Source: Hyphomicrobiales bacterium
GTDB taxonomy: Bacteria; Pseudomonadota; Alphaproteobacteria; Rhizobiales; Aestuariivirgaceae
Assembly (NCBI GenBank): GCA_040383265.1
Contig: JBEIDW010000001.1
Coordinates: 31,369 to 95,368, forward strand
Length of the DNA: 64,000 bases
Direction of reading: 5' to 3'
The notes below the pieces were generated by a model that was not told the origin of the DNA, made no database searches, and saw only the letters and a list, made by a program, of their open reading frames with translations. This document shows, piece by piece, positions 48,446 through 57,651 of this stretch (positions are counted from its first letter, which is position 1; each line of letters opens with the position of its first letter). Both the position numbers and the translations under genes were made by a program.

Positions 48446-48652
48446 CTTTACAGCAGGGAATGGAAATGCAAGCTGGCCTTTCACTCACCATCTGATGAAA
48501 AGCCTTCAATCTGGCGCATAACCGTGCAACCGCCACTTCAAAGCCAGATTCACCAATCGAAAGTGTTATTGTTGCATGTGCGAAACGCTCTTGCCCATGG
48601 CAGAGGCCCGATATAGGCTTCACCATCTTTTGGTTTCAGGCACTCTACTCAC

Positions 48653-49528
48653 ATGCAGATCAAGAAAGTCGGCGTCATCGGCGCCGGTCAGATGGGAAAC
48701 GGCATAGCGCATGTTTGCGCAGTGGCGGGTTATGATGTTGGCCTCTTCGATGTTGCCAAGGAGCGGATCGAGGCAGGGCTCGCCACCATCAATGGAAACC
48801 TGGCGCGCCAGGTGCGCTCCGGCAAGCTGAGCGAAGTGGACCGTGATGCTGCGCTGTCGCGCATCCGCGGTGTTCCTGCCTATGAAGGCTTCGGCGAGTA
48901 TGACCTGATCATTGAAAGCGCCACCGAGGACGAGCAGGTGAAGCGCAAGATCTACCAGGCGCTTTGCCCGCATCTGAAGCCCGAGTGCCTTGTGGGCTCC
49001 AATACGTCTTCGATCTCGATCACGCGGCTTGCCGCCGCAACGGACCGGCCCGAGAAGTTCATGGGCATCCACTTCATGAACCCCGTTCCGGTGATGGAAC
49101 TGGTGGAACTCATCCGCGGTATCGCGACCGACGAGCACACCTTCGCCATCGCCAAGGAATTCGCGCAGTCGCTCAGGAAGACGATCGCCGTGTCGGAAGA
49201 TTTTCCGGCCTTCATCGTCAATCGCATCCTGCTGCCGATGATCAACGAGGCGATCTACACGCTGTATGAAGGCGTTGGCGGCGTGGAAGCCATCGACACC
49301 GCGATGAAGCTGGGTGCGCGCCACCCGATGGGCCCCCTCGAACTCGCGGACTTCATCGGCCTCGACACCTGCCTCTCCGTGATGCAGGTGCTGCACGACG
49401 GGCTGGCGGACTCGAAGTACCGCCCCTGCCCGCTCCTTGTGAAATATGTCGAAGCCGGATGGCTGGGCCGCAAGACCAACCGCGGCTTCTACGACTACCG
49501 TGGCGAGAAGCCGGTTCCGACCCGCTGA
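48653..49528 (+). CDS. hbd: 3-hydroxybutyryl-CoA dehydrogenase
   Basis: GAGQMG, SNTSSISIT, HFMNPVP, FIVNR, PMGPL.LADFIGLD, LGRK. Confidence 0.93.
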   Translation: MQIKKVGVIGAGQMGNGIAHVCAVAGYDVGLFDVAKERIEAGLATINGNLARQVRSGKLSEVDRDAALSRIRGVPAYEGFGEYDLIIESATEDEQVKRKIYQALCPHLKPECLVGSNTSSISITRLAAATDRPEKFMGIHFMNPVPVMELVELIRGIATDEHTFAIAKEFAQSLRKTIAVSEDFPAFIVNRILLPMINEAIYTLYEGVGGVEAIDTAMKLGARHPMGPLELADFIGLDTCLSVMQVLHDGLADSKYRPCPLLVKYVEAGWLGRKTNRGFYDYRGEKPVPTR

Positions 49529-50194
49529 TCAGCCCTTTTCGGCAATCGCGGCCTTGATGAGCGCCAGTGCTTCGGGACTTGCCCAATCGGCCGGTCCCAG
49601 AAGCCTGCCAATTTCGCGGCCTTCACGGTCAATCAGCAGCGTGGCGGGCAGGCCCGCTGCCTGAAGGTCGTTCACGATGGCCGTCGTGGGCTCCACATAC
49701 AGCTTCAGATTGTCCGCGCCCGTTTCCTTGAGGAATGCGGCGGAAGCTTCGGCGCCTTTCCGGTCCACGCTGATGGCAAGCACCTCAAACTGATCGGAGC
49801 CAAGCTCCTTCTGCAATTCGGCAAGATCAGGCATTTCCTTGCGGCACGGCGCGCACCAGGTGGCCCACAGATTGATGAGCACCACGCGGCCCTTCCAATC
49901 CGACAGTTTCAGCGGCTTGCCGCTTGCGTCCTGAAAGCTCAGGTCCTTCACTGGCTTCCGGTCCGGCCGGACCAGGAATGCGGCCAGCGGCCCGGTGGCA
50001 AGATCGCGCGTCACGCCCCCGGCTGGTGCAGGTGTCGCGGGCGTTTCCACGGCGGCCTGCTCAGGAGCAGCCTTTTCAGGTGAAGCCTTGCGTCCACTGG
50101 CCTCGAACCAGTAATAGCCCGTCATCGCGGCGAGGATGACTAGGACTGCAGCGATCCGCAGCAGGGGGGCTGATCTCTTCATGTCAGTTTTCAT
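49529..50194 (-). CDS. tlpA: TlpA-family thiol:disulfide oxidoreductase
   Basis: N-terminal TM anchor, NLWATWCAPCRKEMP, GLP.T, GPADW; divergent from argH. Confidence 0.88.
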   Translation of the reverse strand: MKTDMKRSAPLLRIAAVLVILAAMTGYYWFEASGRKASPEKAAPEQAAVETPATPAPAGGVTRDLATGPLAAFLVRPDRKPVKDLSFQDASGKPLKLSDWKGRVVLINLWATWCAPCRKEMPDLAELQKELGSDQFEVLAISVDRKGAEASAAFLKETGADNLKLYVEPTTAIVNDLQAAGLPATLLIDREGREIGRLLGPADWASPEALALIKAAIAEKG

Positions 50195-50228
50195 GTGCGG
50201 TACTTTTCAGGCCGAATGAGGAATTTCG

Positions 50229-51611
50229 ATGACCAACAAGATGTGGGGCGGACGGTTTCAGTCAGGGCCGGACGCGATCATGGAAGAGATCAACGCCTCG
50301 ATCGGCTTCGACAAGCGCCTGTTCGCCCAGGACATCGCGGGCTCCAAAGCCCATGCCGCAATGCTGGCCAAGCAGGGAATCATCTCAAAGGCCGATGCCT
50401 CCCGAATTAGGAAGGGGCTCGATCAGGTGCAAGCCGAGATCGAGGCTGGAAAATTCACTTTTTCGCGCGCGCTTGAGGACATTCACCTCAATGTCGAATC
50501 GCGCCTGAAGGATTTGATTGGCCCCGCTGCGGGCAGACTCCACACGGCGCGCTCACGCAATGACCAGGTGGCGCTGGATTTCCGCCTCTTTGTGCGCGAC
50601 ACGGTCGATCATCTGGATGCGCAATTGAAGGAACTCCAGCTGGCCCTGGCCCGGAAGGCGGAGCAGCATGCCGAAACCGTAATGCCGGGTTTCACCCATC
50701 TGCAGGTCGCACAGCCCGTGACCTTCGGCCATCACATGCTGGCTTACGTCGAAATGCTGGCGCGCGACCGTTCGCGCCTGGCCGATGCGCGCCAACGCAT
50801 GAACGAAAACCCGCTGGGTGCCGCGGCATTGGCCGGAACGAGCTTCCCCATCGACCGCGCCATGACCGCGAAGGCCCTGGGCTTCGACCGCCCGACGCGT
50901 AACTCGCTGGACACGGTGGCCGACCGCGACTTCGTGCTTGAAACATTGTCAGCCTGCGCCATCTGCTCCATGCACCTGTCGCGGCTTGCAGAAGAAATCG
51001 TGATCTGGTCGACGAGCCAGTTCCGCTTTGTAAAGCTCTCGGACAAGTTCACCACCGGCTCGTCCATCATGCCACAAAAGCGCAATCCGGATGCCGCAGA
51101 ACTGGTGCGCGCCAAGCCCGGGCGTATCATCGGTGCGCTACTGTCGCTCCTCACCGTGATGAAGGGGCTGCCACTCACCTATTCCAAGGACATGCAGGAA
51201 GACAAGGAACCGGCCTTCGACGCCTTCGACAGCATGTCGCTCGCCATCGCCGCCACCACCGGCATGGTGATGGACATGGTTCCAAATGCGGAAGAAATGC
51301 GGAAAGCTGCCGCAACCGGATTCTCCACCGCGACTGATCTTGCCGACTGGCTGGTCCGTACACTGAAGATGCCGTTCCGCGAGGCGCATCACGTGACGGG
51401 AAGCCTCGTGGCGATGGCCGAATCGGAGGGTTGTGATCTTCCAGATCTGCCCCTCAAGCTGATGCAGTCGGTCGAGCCGCGCATCAACAAGGATGTCTAC
51501 AAGGTGCTGACGGTCGAAAACAGCGTTGCCTCCCGCACGAGCTTCGGCGGAACGTCACCGAAAAACGTCACGCGCGAGGCGAAGCGCTGGCTGAAGCTGC
51601 TGAAAGGGTGA
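50229..51611 (+). CDS. argH: Argininosuccinate lyase
   Basis: [34 protein letters not shown]. Confidence 0.98.
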   Translation: MTNKMWGGRFQSGPDAIMEEINASIGFDKRLFAQDIAGSKAHAAMLAKQGIISKADASRIRKGLDQVQAEIEAGKFTFSRALEDIHLNVESRLKDLIGPAAGRLHTARSRNDQVALDFRLFVRDTVDHLDAQLKELQLALARKAEQHAETVMPGFTHLQVAQPVTFGHHMLAYVEMLARDRSRLADARQRMNENPLGAAALAGTSFPIDRAMTAKALGFDRPTRNSLDTVADRDFVLETLSACAICSMHLSRLAEEIVIWSTSQFRFVKLSDKFTTGSSIMPQKRNPDAAELVRAKPGRIIGALLSLLTVMKGLPLTYSKDMQEDKEPAFDAFDSMSLAIAATTGMVMDMVPNAEEMRKAAATGFSTATDLADWLVRTLKMPFREAHHVTGSLVAMAESEGCDLPDLPLKLMQSVEPRINKDVYKVLTVENSVASRTSFGGTSPKNVTREAKRWLKLLKG

Positions 51612-51616
51612 AGACC

Positions 51617-51727
51617 ATGAAAACTGCAAAGGCCCTGCTTGTTCTTCTGGCCCTGTCGGCGAGCCTCGCCGCGTGCGGCGTAAAGGGTGATCCCGAACTG
51701 CCGCCGGCAACAGAAAAGGTGCAATAG
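51617..51727 (+). CDS. lptM: Small lipoprotein, LptM/YifL/LppL family (36 aa; below the ORF-track cutoff)
   Basis: MKTAKALLVLLALSASLAACGVKGDPELPPATEKVQ: lipobox LAAC plus CGxKG..LP; between argH and lysA. Confidence 0.8.
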   Translation: MKTAKALLVLLALSASLAACGVKGDPELPPATEKVQ

Positions 51728-51730
51728 ACC

Positions 51731-53008
51731 ATGCACCATTTTGCCTATCGCGACGGCGTTCTCCATGCCGAGGACGTGAGCCTGAAGGCGCTGGCTGAGG
51801 AAATCGGTACGCCCTTCTATTGCTACTCCACCGCAACGCTGGAGCGGCATTACAAGGTGATGCAGGAGGCCTTCAAAGGCACTGATCACATGATCTGCTA
51901 TGCGATGAAGGCCAACTCCAACCAGGCTGTGATCCGCACCATGGCGGAACTGGGCGCGGGGATGGACGTCGTCTCCGAAGGCGAGTTGCGCCGCGCGATT
52001 GCAGCGGGCGTTCCCGCCCGCAAGATCGTGTTCTCCGGCGTGGGAAAGACAGCGCGCGAAATGGCGCTGGCGCTGAAGGAAGGCATTGCCTGCTTCAATG
52101 TCGAGTCCGAGCCTGAACTCGAACTTCTCTCGGACGTGGCCACGCGCGTGGGCCAGCGCGCCTCGGTGTCGATCCGCGTCAATCCAGATGTCGACGCCCG
52201 GACGCATGCCAAGATTTCAACCGGCAAGGCTGAGAACAAGTTCGGCATTTCCTACAAGCGTGCTTCCACCGTCTATGCAAGGGCCGCCGAACTTGCCGCC
52301 ATCGATGTTGTCGGCATCGACATGCATATCGGCAGCCAGATCACCGAGCTTGAGCCCTTCGAGCAGGCCTTCCGGCTAATGGCGGAACTGGCCGAGCAAC
52401 TCAGGGCAGAGGGCCACAATATCCGCCACCTCGATCTGGGCGGCGGACTTGGCGTTCCCTATCGTGGCACCAATGATGTTCCTCCGCATCCGGATGAATA
52501 TGCCGCGATGGTGAAGCGCACGCTGGGTCACCTGAACCTGAAGTATGTTCTAGAACCAGGGCGCATGATTGTCGGCAATGCCGGCGTGCTGGTCTCGCGC
52601 GTTATCTATGTGAAGGATGGCGATGAGAAGCACTTCGTCATTCAGGACGCGGCGATGAACGATCTGATCCGCCCGACGCTTTATGATGCCTATCACGAGA
52701 TCATCCCCGTGCAGGAAGCGACCTCGGCCGGAACCATGCTGGCGGATGTGGTGGGGCCGGTGTGTGAAACCGGCGACTACCTCGCCAAGGGCCGCAGCCT
52801 GCCGAAGCTCGAACCAGGGGACCTGCTGGCCACCATGACGGCCGGCGCCTATGGCGCGGTGCAGGCGGGAAGCTACAACACGAGGCCGCTCGTGCCGGAA
52901 GTGCTGGTGAGGGACGGCAATTGGGCGCTGGTTCGCCCCCGCCAGACCTATGAGGAACTGATCGGCATGGACCAGCTGGCCCCCTGGCAGGGGAAGCCCA
53001 GGCCTTGA
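51731..53008 (+). CDS. lysA: Diaminopimelate decarboxylase
   Basis: YAMKANS, HIGSQ, DLGGG, EPGR, GPVCETGD, AGAYG. Confidence 0.97.
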   Translation: MHHFAYRDGVLHAEDVSLKALAEEIGTPFYCYSTATLERHYKVMQEAFKGTDHMICYAMKANSNQAVIRTMAELGAGMDVVSEGELRRAIAAGVPARKIVFSGVGKTAREMALALKEGIACFNVESEPELELLSDVATRVGQRASVSIRVNPDVDARTHAKISTGKAENKFGISYKRASTVYARAAELAAIDVVGIDMHIGSQITELEPFEQAFRLMAELAEQLRAEGHNIRHLDLGGGLGVPYRGTNDVPPHPDEYAAMVKRTLGHLNLKYVLEPGRMIVGNAGVLVSRVIYVKDGDEKHFVIQDAAMNDLIRPTLYDAYHEIIPVQEATSAGTMLADVVGPVCETGDYLAKGRSLPKLEPGDLLATMTAGAYGAVQAGSYNTRPLVPEVLVRDGNWALVRPRQTYEELIGMDQLAPWQGKPRP

Positions 53009-53047
53009 GCACAATTTGGCCCCAACTTGTGTTAGCATGATCTCGTC

Positions 53048-55573
53048 ATGCCTACCGGATCCGATGTCCCCACGCCGTCATCCCGCCTGATCGAACGCAC
53101 GATCAGTCAGGCCAGGCTTGCGCTTGGCTTCGAACGTCTCTGGGCGGCGCTGCACTGGCCCATCGTCATCCTGCTGGTTTCGGCGGCGCTGGTGATCGGC
53201 GGCGTCCTGCCAAAGTTGGCCTACTGGCCGCGGATTGCGGTGCTCATGGTGATTGGCCTCGCTCTTCTCTGGTCGCTCCGGCCGCTGCTTGGCGTCCGCT
53301 GGCCGAGCCGCCATGAAGCGATTCGCCGGGTGGAGGAAAAATCCGGACTATCCCACCGCCCGGTGTCAGCCCGGGAAGACCGGCTGCCGCCAGACTCAGA
53401 CCCGTTGCAACAGGCAATCTGGCAGGAGCACCGGCTGCGCCAGTTGCGCGGCCTGACGGATTTGAAGGCTGGCGCGCCCGAATCACGCTGGCGCGACATT
53501 GACCCCCGCGCCCTGCGGTTGCCGGCGGCGCTTGCACTGTTCGCCGCACTTGTTCTGGGTTCCGGCGATACGCGCAGCAACCTTACGGATAGCCTTGCCC
53601 TGTCGGCTCCCGCGCCGGCCATTCCGCTGACGCTTGATGCATGGCTGAAGCCCCCCTCCTATACGGCACAGCCACCCGTGCTGCTGACCAGCCCTGCCAT
53701 GGTGGAGCGGCTCAAGACCGAAGCCGAGATTCAGGTTCCGGAAAAATCCACGCTATCCCTGCGGATTTCCGGGGCAAAGGCGCCCATTCTTTCTTTCCGT
53801 GGCTTGACGGACGGCGATGGGCCTTCCCCCGATGTTCCCGGCTTCTCGCCGAAGGTAAAGACCGCGGACGGGGTCTTCCAGGCGGAGGTGGTGATGAGCC
53901 GGCCCGCCATCGTGACGGTGACCGACGGGGAGACGCAGCTTGGCAGCTGGCAAGTTGCGCTCATTCCCGATGCGCCGCCCATGGTCGAAATCCTGGGAGA
54001 GCCGTCGGGCGATTCCTCCGGCATGCTGACCGCGAAGTGGAAGACCACAGATGATTATGGCGTAAGCGGCATCACCGCCGACATCTACCTGGCTGACGAG
54101 CAGGATGAAGGCGTGGGCTTTGCTGACCCGGGTATTTTCGAATTCGACCCACCACGTCTCAAGATCAGCCTGCGCAAGGCCTCACCCCGGGAAGAAACGG
54201 GTGAATCCAGGGCCGATGTGGCCGAGCACCCCTGGGCGGGCTTCATGGTGGAAATGACGCTCACTGCGCGCGATGCCGCCGGAAACCGCACCGAAAGCCA
54301 GGCCCGGGTGTTCCGCCTTCCCGAACGCCAGTTCATCAACCCCCTCGCCCGGGCGCTCATTGAGCAGCGCCGCAGCCTTATACTGAATACCGAGGATACG
54401 GAGAGCGTGGCCGCGATGCTGGAAGCACTCCTGACCTATCCGCGCGGGCTGATCGAGGAGAGCGGCACGCACATCGCCATTGCTGCCGCACTTTCGCGGC
54501 TCCGCAACGCCGAAGACGGTGCCGGCGTGGACAGCGTGATCAACATGCTATGGAAGATTGCGGTGAATGTGGAGGAAGGCCGCACGGCTGACGCCAAGGC
54601 GGAGGTTGAAGCGCTGCGCAAGGAATTGCAGCGCGCGCTCCGCGATGGGGCTTCGCCTGAGCGCATCGCCGAATTGACCGACAGGCTGCGCAAGGCGCTG
54701 GACCGCTACATGAAGGAGATGATGGCGCAGGCGCAGAAGCGCATGGAGAACGGCCAGGCCCAGCCGCAGATGCCGCAACAGGGACAGATGATCTCGCCGC
54801 AGGACCTGCAGAAGATGCTGGACATGATCCAGAAGCTTGCCGAGAGCGGTGCCAACGAGGCGGCCGAACAAATGCTCTCGGAACTTGAGAACATCCTGCG
54901 CAACCTGCAGCCCGGCATGCCGCAGCAGGGACAGATGCAGCAGGGACCGATGAGCGACATGCTCGACAAGCTGTCCGACCTGATGCGCCAGCAGCAGAAA
55001 CTGATGGACGATACCCAGCGCATGCAGCCCGAGGGCATGGCTGAAGGCCAGCCACAGGACGGACCCTCCGGAGAGAGCCAGCAGGGCATGGGCGGCCTCG
55101 GTGACCGTCAGCAGGATCTTGGCAAGATGCTGCAGGAGCTGATGGAGCAAATGGGCAAGAATGGCCTGCAGTCGCCGCGCGCTTTCGGCGAGGCAGGTAA
55201 AAACATGCAAGGTGCTGAAGGCTCGCTGCGAGGCGGCGACCGCGAACAGGCCCTCGGCGAACAGGGTGAGGCGATGTCAAAGCTGCGTGAGGGTGCCAAG
55301 GGCTTGGCCCGCCAGATGCTGCAGCAGGGACAGGGCCAGCAGGGCAGTGAAGGCCAGACCGGGGAAGCACGCGGCGATGACCGCGACCCCCTCGGCCGGC
55401 CTATGCCGAACCTCGGCGAGGACACGGGGCCGGACCGGGACATGCTGCCTTCAGAACTGGCCATCCAGCGGGCCCGGGAAATCCTCGAGATGCTGCGCTC
55501 CCGCGCGGGGGACACAGGCTTGCCGAAGATCGAGCGCGACTACATCGACCGGCTGCTGCGCGGCCTCTACTGA
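53048..55573 (+). CDS. TIGR02302/DUF4175 family membrane protein
   Basis: N-terminal TMs (FERLW), DAW..PP.YT, DDYG, HPWAG, Q/M-rich coiled C-terminus, DPLGR, RAREIL, Y.DRLL; downstream of lysA. Confidence 0.88.
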   Translation: MPTGSDVPTPSSRLIERTISQARLALGFERLWAALHWPIVILLVSAALVIGGVLPKLAYWPRIAVLMVIGLALLWSLRPLLGVRWPSRHEAIRRVEEKSGLSHRPVSAREDRLPPDSDPLQQAIWQEHRLRQLRGLTDLKAGAPESRWRDIDPRALRLPAALALFAALVLGSGDTRSNLTDSLALSAPAPAIPLTLDAWLKPPSYTAQPPVLLTSPAMVERLKTEAEIQVPEKSTLSLRISGAKAPILSFRGLTDGDGPSPDVPGFSPKVKTADGVFQAEVVMSRPAIVTVTDGETQLGSWQVALIPDAPPMVEILGEPSGDSSGMLTAKWKTTDDYGVSGITADIYLADEQDEGVGFADPGIFEFDPPRLKISLRKASPREETGESRADVAEHPWAGFMVEMTLTARDAAGNRTESQARVFRLPERQFINPLARALIEQRRSLILNTEDTESVAAMLEALLTYPRGLIEESGTHIAIAAALSRLRNAEDGAGVDSVINMLWKIAVNVEEGRTADAKAEVEALRKELQRALRDGASPERIAELTDRLRKALDRYMKEMMAQAQKRMENGQAQPQMPQQGQMISPQDLQKMLDMIQKLAESGANEAAEQMLSELENILRNLQPGMPQQGQMQQGPMSDMLDKLSDLMRQQQKLMDDTQRMQPEGMAEGQPQDGPSGESQQGMGGLGDRQQDLGKMLQELMEQMGKNGLQSPRAFGEAGKNMQGAEGSLRGGDREQALGEQGEAMSKLREGAKGLARQMLQQGQGQQGSEGQTGEARGDDRDPLGRPMPNLGEDTGPDRDMLPSELAIQRAREILEMLRSRAGDTGLPKIERDYIDRLLRGLY

Positions 55574-56043
55574 GGGCTAAGCTGCTGCTCGCCGAGTTTC
55601 AGGCTTCCCGCCACAAGTACCCAGCGGCCATCACGCCGCTCGATTGATTCGACCCGATACCCGCCCGGCAGCCTGGTGCCGACGGTGACCGGAACCAGCA
55701 CCGTGCCAGCCGCCACACCGACTTCGATGAACGCGACGCCATCCACCACGGTGAGGAGTCGGTAGGAAGAGATCGCCAAATCCTCGCGCGGGGAAATGCC
55801 CGGCATAAGTTTTTTGACTGAAACCCCCGGTGCACCCAGCGACTGGGTGATGATTGGATCAGCCTCTGCTTTGTCGTCAATAATGACCTTGCGCTTGAGG
55901 GGCGGAAAGTTGAGGCCCATGTTGGCCGGCGGGTTTTCCATGCCATTGAGCTTGATCACCTTGTAGGCGGCAAAGGTGATGACGCCCGCGGCAAGCGCCA
56001 CCGACAGCACATAAGTGAGGATGTCTGTGAATTTCTCGGCCAT
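55567..56043 (-). CDS. Hypothetical single-pass membrane protein
   Basis: 158 aa from MAEKF; TM helix, then YRLL.VVDG.AFIE..V.VG..LPGG.RVESIERRDGRWVLV beta domain; co-oriented downstream of holA. Confidence 0.65.
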   Translation of the reverse strand: MAEKFTDILTYVLSVALAAGVITFAAYKVIKLNGMENPPANMGLNFPPLKRKVIIDDKAEADPIITQSLGAPGVSVKKLMPGISPREDLAISSYRLLTVVDGVAFIEVGVAAGTVLVPVTVGTRLPGGYRVESIERRDGRWVLVAGSLKLGEQQLSPQ

Positions 56044-56107
56044 GCCGCCCAGCTGAATGCCTTTGCGGCAGAATTCCCGACGGAGCTTGCGCGGGGCATG
56101 AGCCGTT

Positions 56108-57145
56108 TCACCTATCGAGGCGGAGCGACAATCCCTTACGGGCAAGCGAGAGCAAGCACCGGCCCGCGATGGCTTCCGCGAGGCCGGCATTCTGCCGCGC
56201 TGCGAGGACATTGGCGCTCAATGTGCTGCCCGCCGTCACCAGATCAGAGAGGCTCCAGGCGCGGAGCTGCGCCAGCACCATGCGCTGACGCTTGAAGAAC
56301 ACTGGCGGACGGGCCTGCTTCACCACCTGTTCAGCCTGCGCGCCGCGATCAATTGCCAGGCGGAAGTCCTGCAGTCTCAGCGCCTGCTGATGGACAGCGC
56401 CGAGAAGACGCCCCGAATCATCCCCGCCACGCACAAGGTCATGGAACAAGCGGTCGGCCTCCTCGACCTCGCCGCCGAATACCGCGTCCGCAAGGTCTCC
56501 GGCAGTGGCGCCCGTATCGTTGCCACATACGGCCTCAACATCCTCAAGGCTCACGCGCTCGCGGCCCAGTGCATAGAGGGCCAGCTTCTCCGCCTCGCGC
56601 CGCACCAGCCCGCGCGAGGTTCCGGCAAGCTCAATGAAGCGGGCCAGCGCATCCGGCCCGATTCTAAGACCGTCCTGCGCGAGAATTTGTTCAACAAGCC
56701 CGGCAATCTCACCCGTTTCTGCTTCATAGAGCGGCACCACAAGCGCATGCGGGCTCTTTTCGAATGTGGCGCGGAGTTGGGACGACTTGGCAAGCGCTGG
56801 CGCTTCCGCCACCACGAGATTGCCACTCACCTTTCCTTCGAGCATGGGCAGAACAGCCTTCAGGAAGGCATCACCAGCACCCTTGACCCACACAGCCCTG
56901 GAGCCGCCAAACATGGAGATGGATTGCACTTCATCCGCCAGACGCGCCGGATCGGAGGAGAGATCCTGCTCGAGCAGCGTGACAACGGTGAAGGGATCAT
57001 CCAGCGAGCCGGCAACTTTCTTCACCGCGCGGGCGGCGAGCTCACGCACCGCCTCCGGCTCTTCGCCATAGATCAGCAGGGCCGCGACAGCGGGGTCCGG
57101 CTTGCGGAGGAACCCATCAAGTCCCGCCGGCTTGATGGCCGTCAT
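56108..57145 (-). CDS. holA: DNA polymerase III delta subunit
   Basis: LIYG, DPARL.DE...SMFGG, EAEKLALY, RPPVFFKR; leuS-lptE-holA order. Confidence 0.93.
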   Translation of the reverse strand: MTAIKPAGLDGFLRKPDPAVAALLIYGEEPEAVRELAARAVKKVAGSLDDPFTVVTLLEQDLSSDPARLADEVQSISMFGGSRAVWVKGAGDAFLKAVLPMLEGKVSGNLVVAEAPALAKSSQLRATFEKSPHALVVPLYEAETGEIAGLVEQILAQDGLRIGPDALARFIELAGTSRGLVRREAEKLALYALGRERVSLEDVEAVCGNDTGATAGDLADAVFGGEVEEADRLFHDLVRGGDDSGRLLGAVHQQALRLQDFRLAIDRGAQAEQVVKQARPPVFFKRQRMVLAQLRAWSLSDLVTAGSTLSANVLAARQNAGLAEAIAGRCLLSLARKGLSLRLDR

Positions 57146-57651
57146 GGCGTCTTCTGTTGCTTGCTGGCAAAATAACCCGCAAGCCGGGTCCGGATGTCAG
57201 TGGCGACCTCGAGCGCCGCGCGCTCGGTTGCATCGGTTTCCGCCTGCATGTCGGCGAAAGGCTGGCGGATCACGTCATAGCTGACATTCGAGAATGTCTT
57301 GCCGCTGGTGACGATATTGCCGCTCGCGCGCTCCATCAACTCATACTCGACACTGATGTTGACAGCCTGACGCGTGACGGCGGGAAGCGTCTTCTTGATG
57401 ACACCAGCGTTCTTCTCTTCAACCTTCAGGGTAAGGGCGTATTTATTCCCGCCCGTGCCTGCCTTCATTGTCGAGATCAAGTCATTACGGATCAATTGCC
57501 CGGTGCGGTCCGCCGCCTCCGGAATGGTGACCGCCGCCAGTTCGGCGCTCACCCCGGCGTTACCCGGCGAAGAGCCATAAAGTGGCCTGAAGCCGCAGCC
57601 GGCGAGAACCACCGCCACGGCCATCAGGATGATCAGCTGAGCCTTGCGCAT
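57142..57651 (-). CDS. lptE: LPS assembly lipoprotein LptE
   Basis: Lipobox LAGC-GFRPLYG; between leuS and holA. Confidence 0.88.
   Translation of the reverse strand: MRKAQLIILMAVAVVLAGCGFRPLYGSSPGNAGVSAELAAVTIPEAADRTGQLIRNDLISTMKAGTGGNKYALTLKVEEKNAGVIKKTLPAVTRQAVNISVEYELMERASGNIVTSGKTFSNVSYDVIRQPFADMQAETDATERAALEVATDIRTRLAGYFASKQQKTP

Noticed and set aside
48348-48626. 92-aa minus-strand ORF across the etfA terminator
   Set aside because: Runs through a terminator into etfA, with no recognisable motif or SD
54700-55400. CAG-rich repetitive stretch
   Set aside because: Gln-rich low-complexity coding region of the TIGR02302 protein
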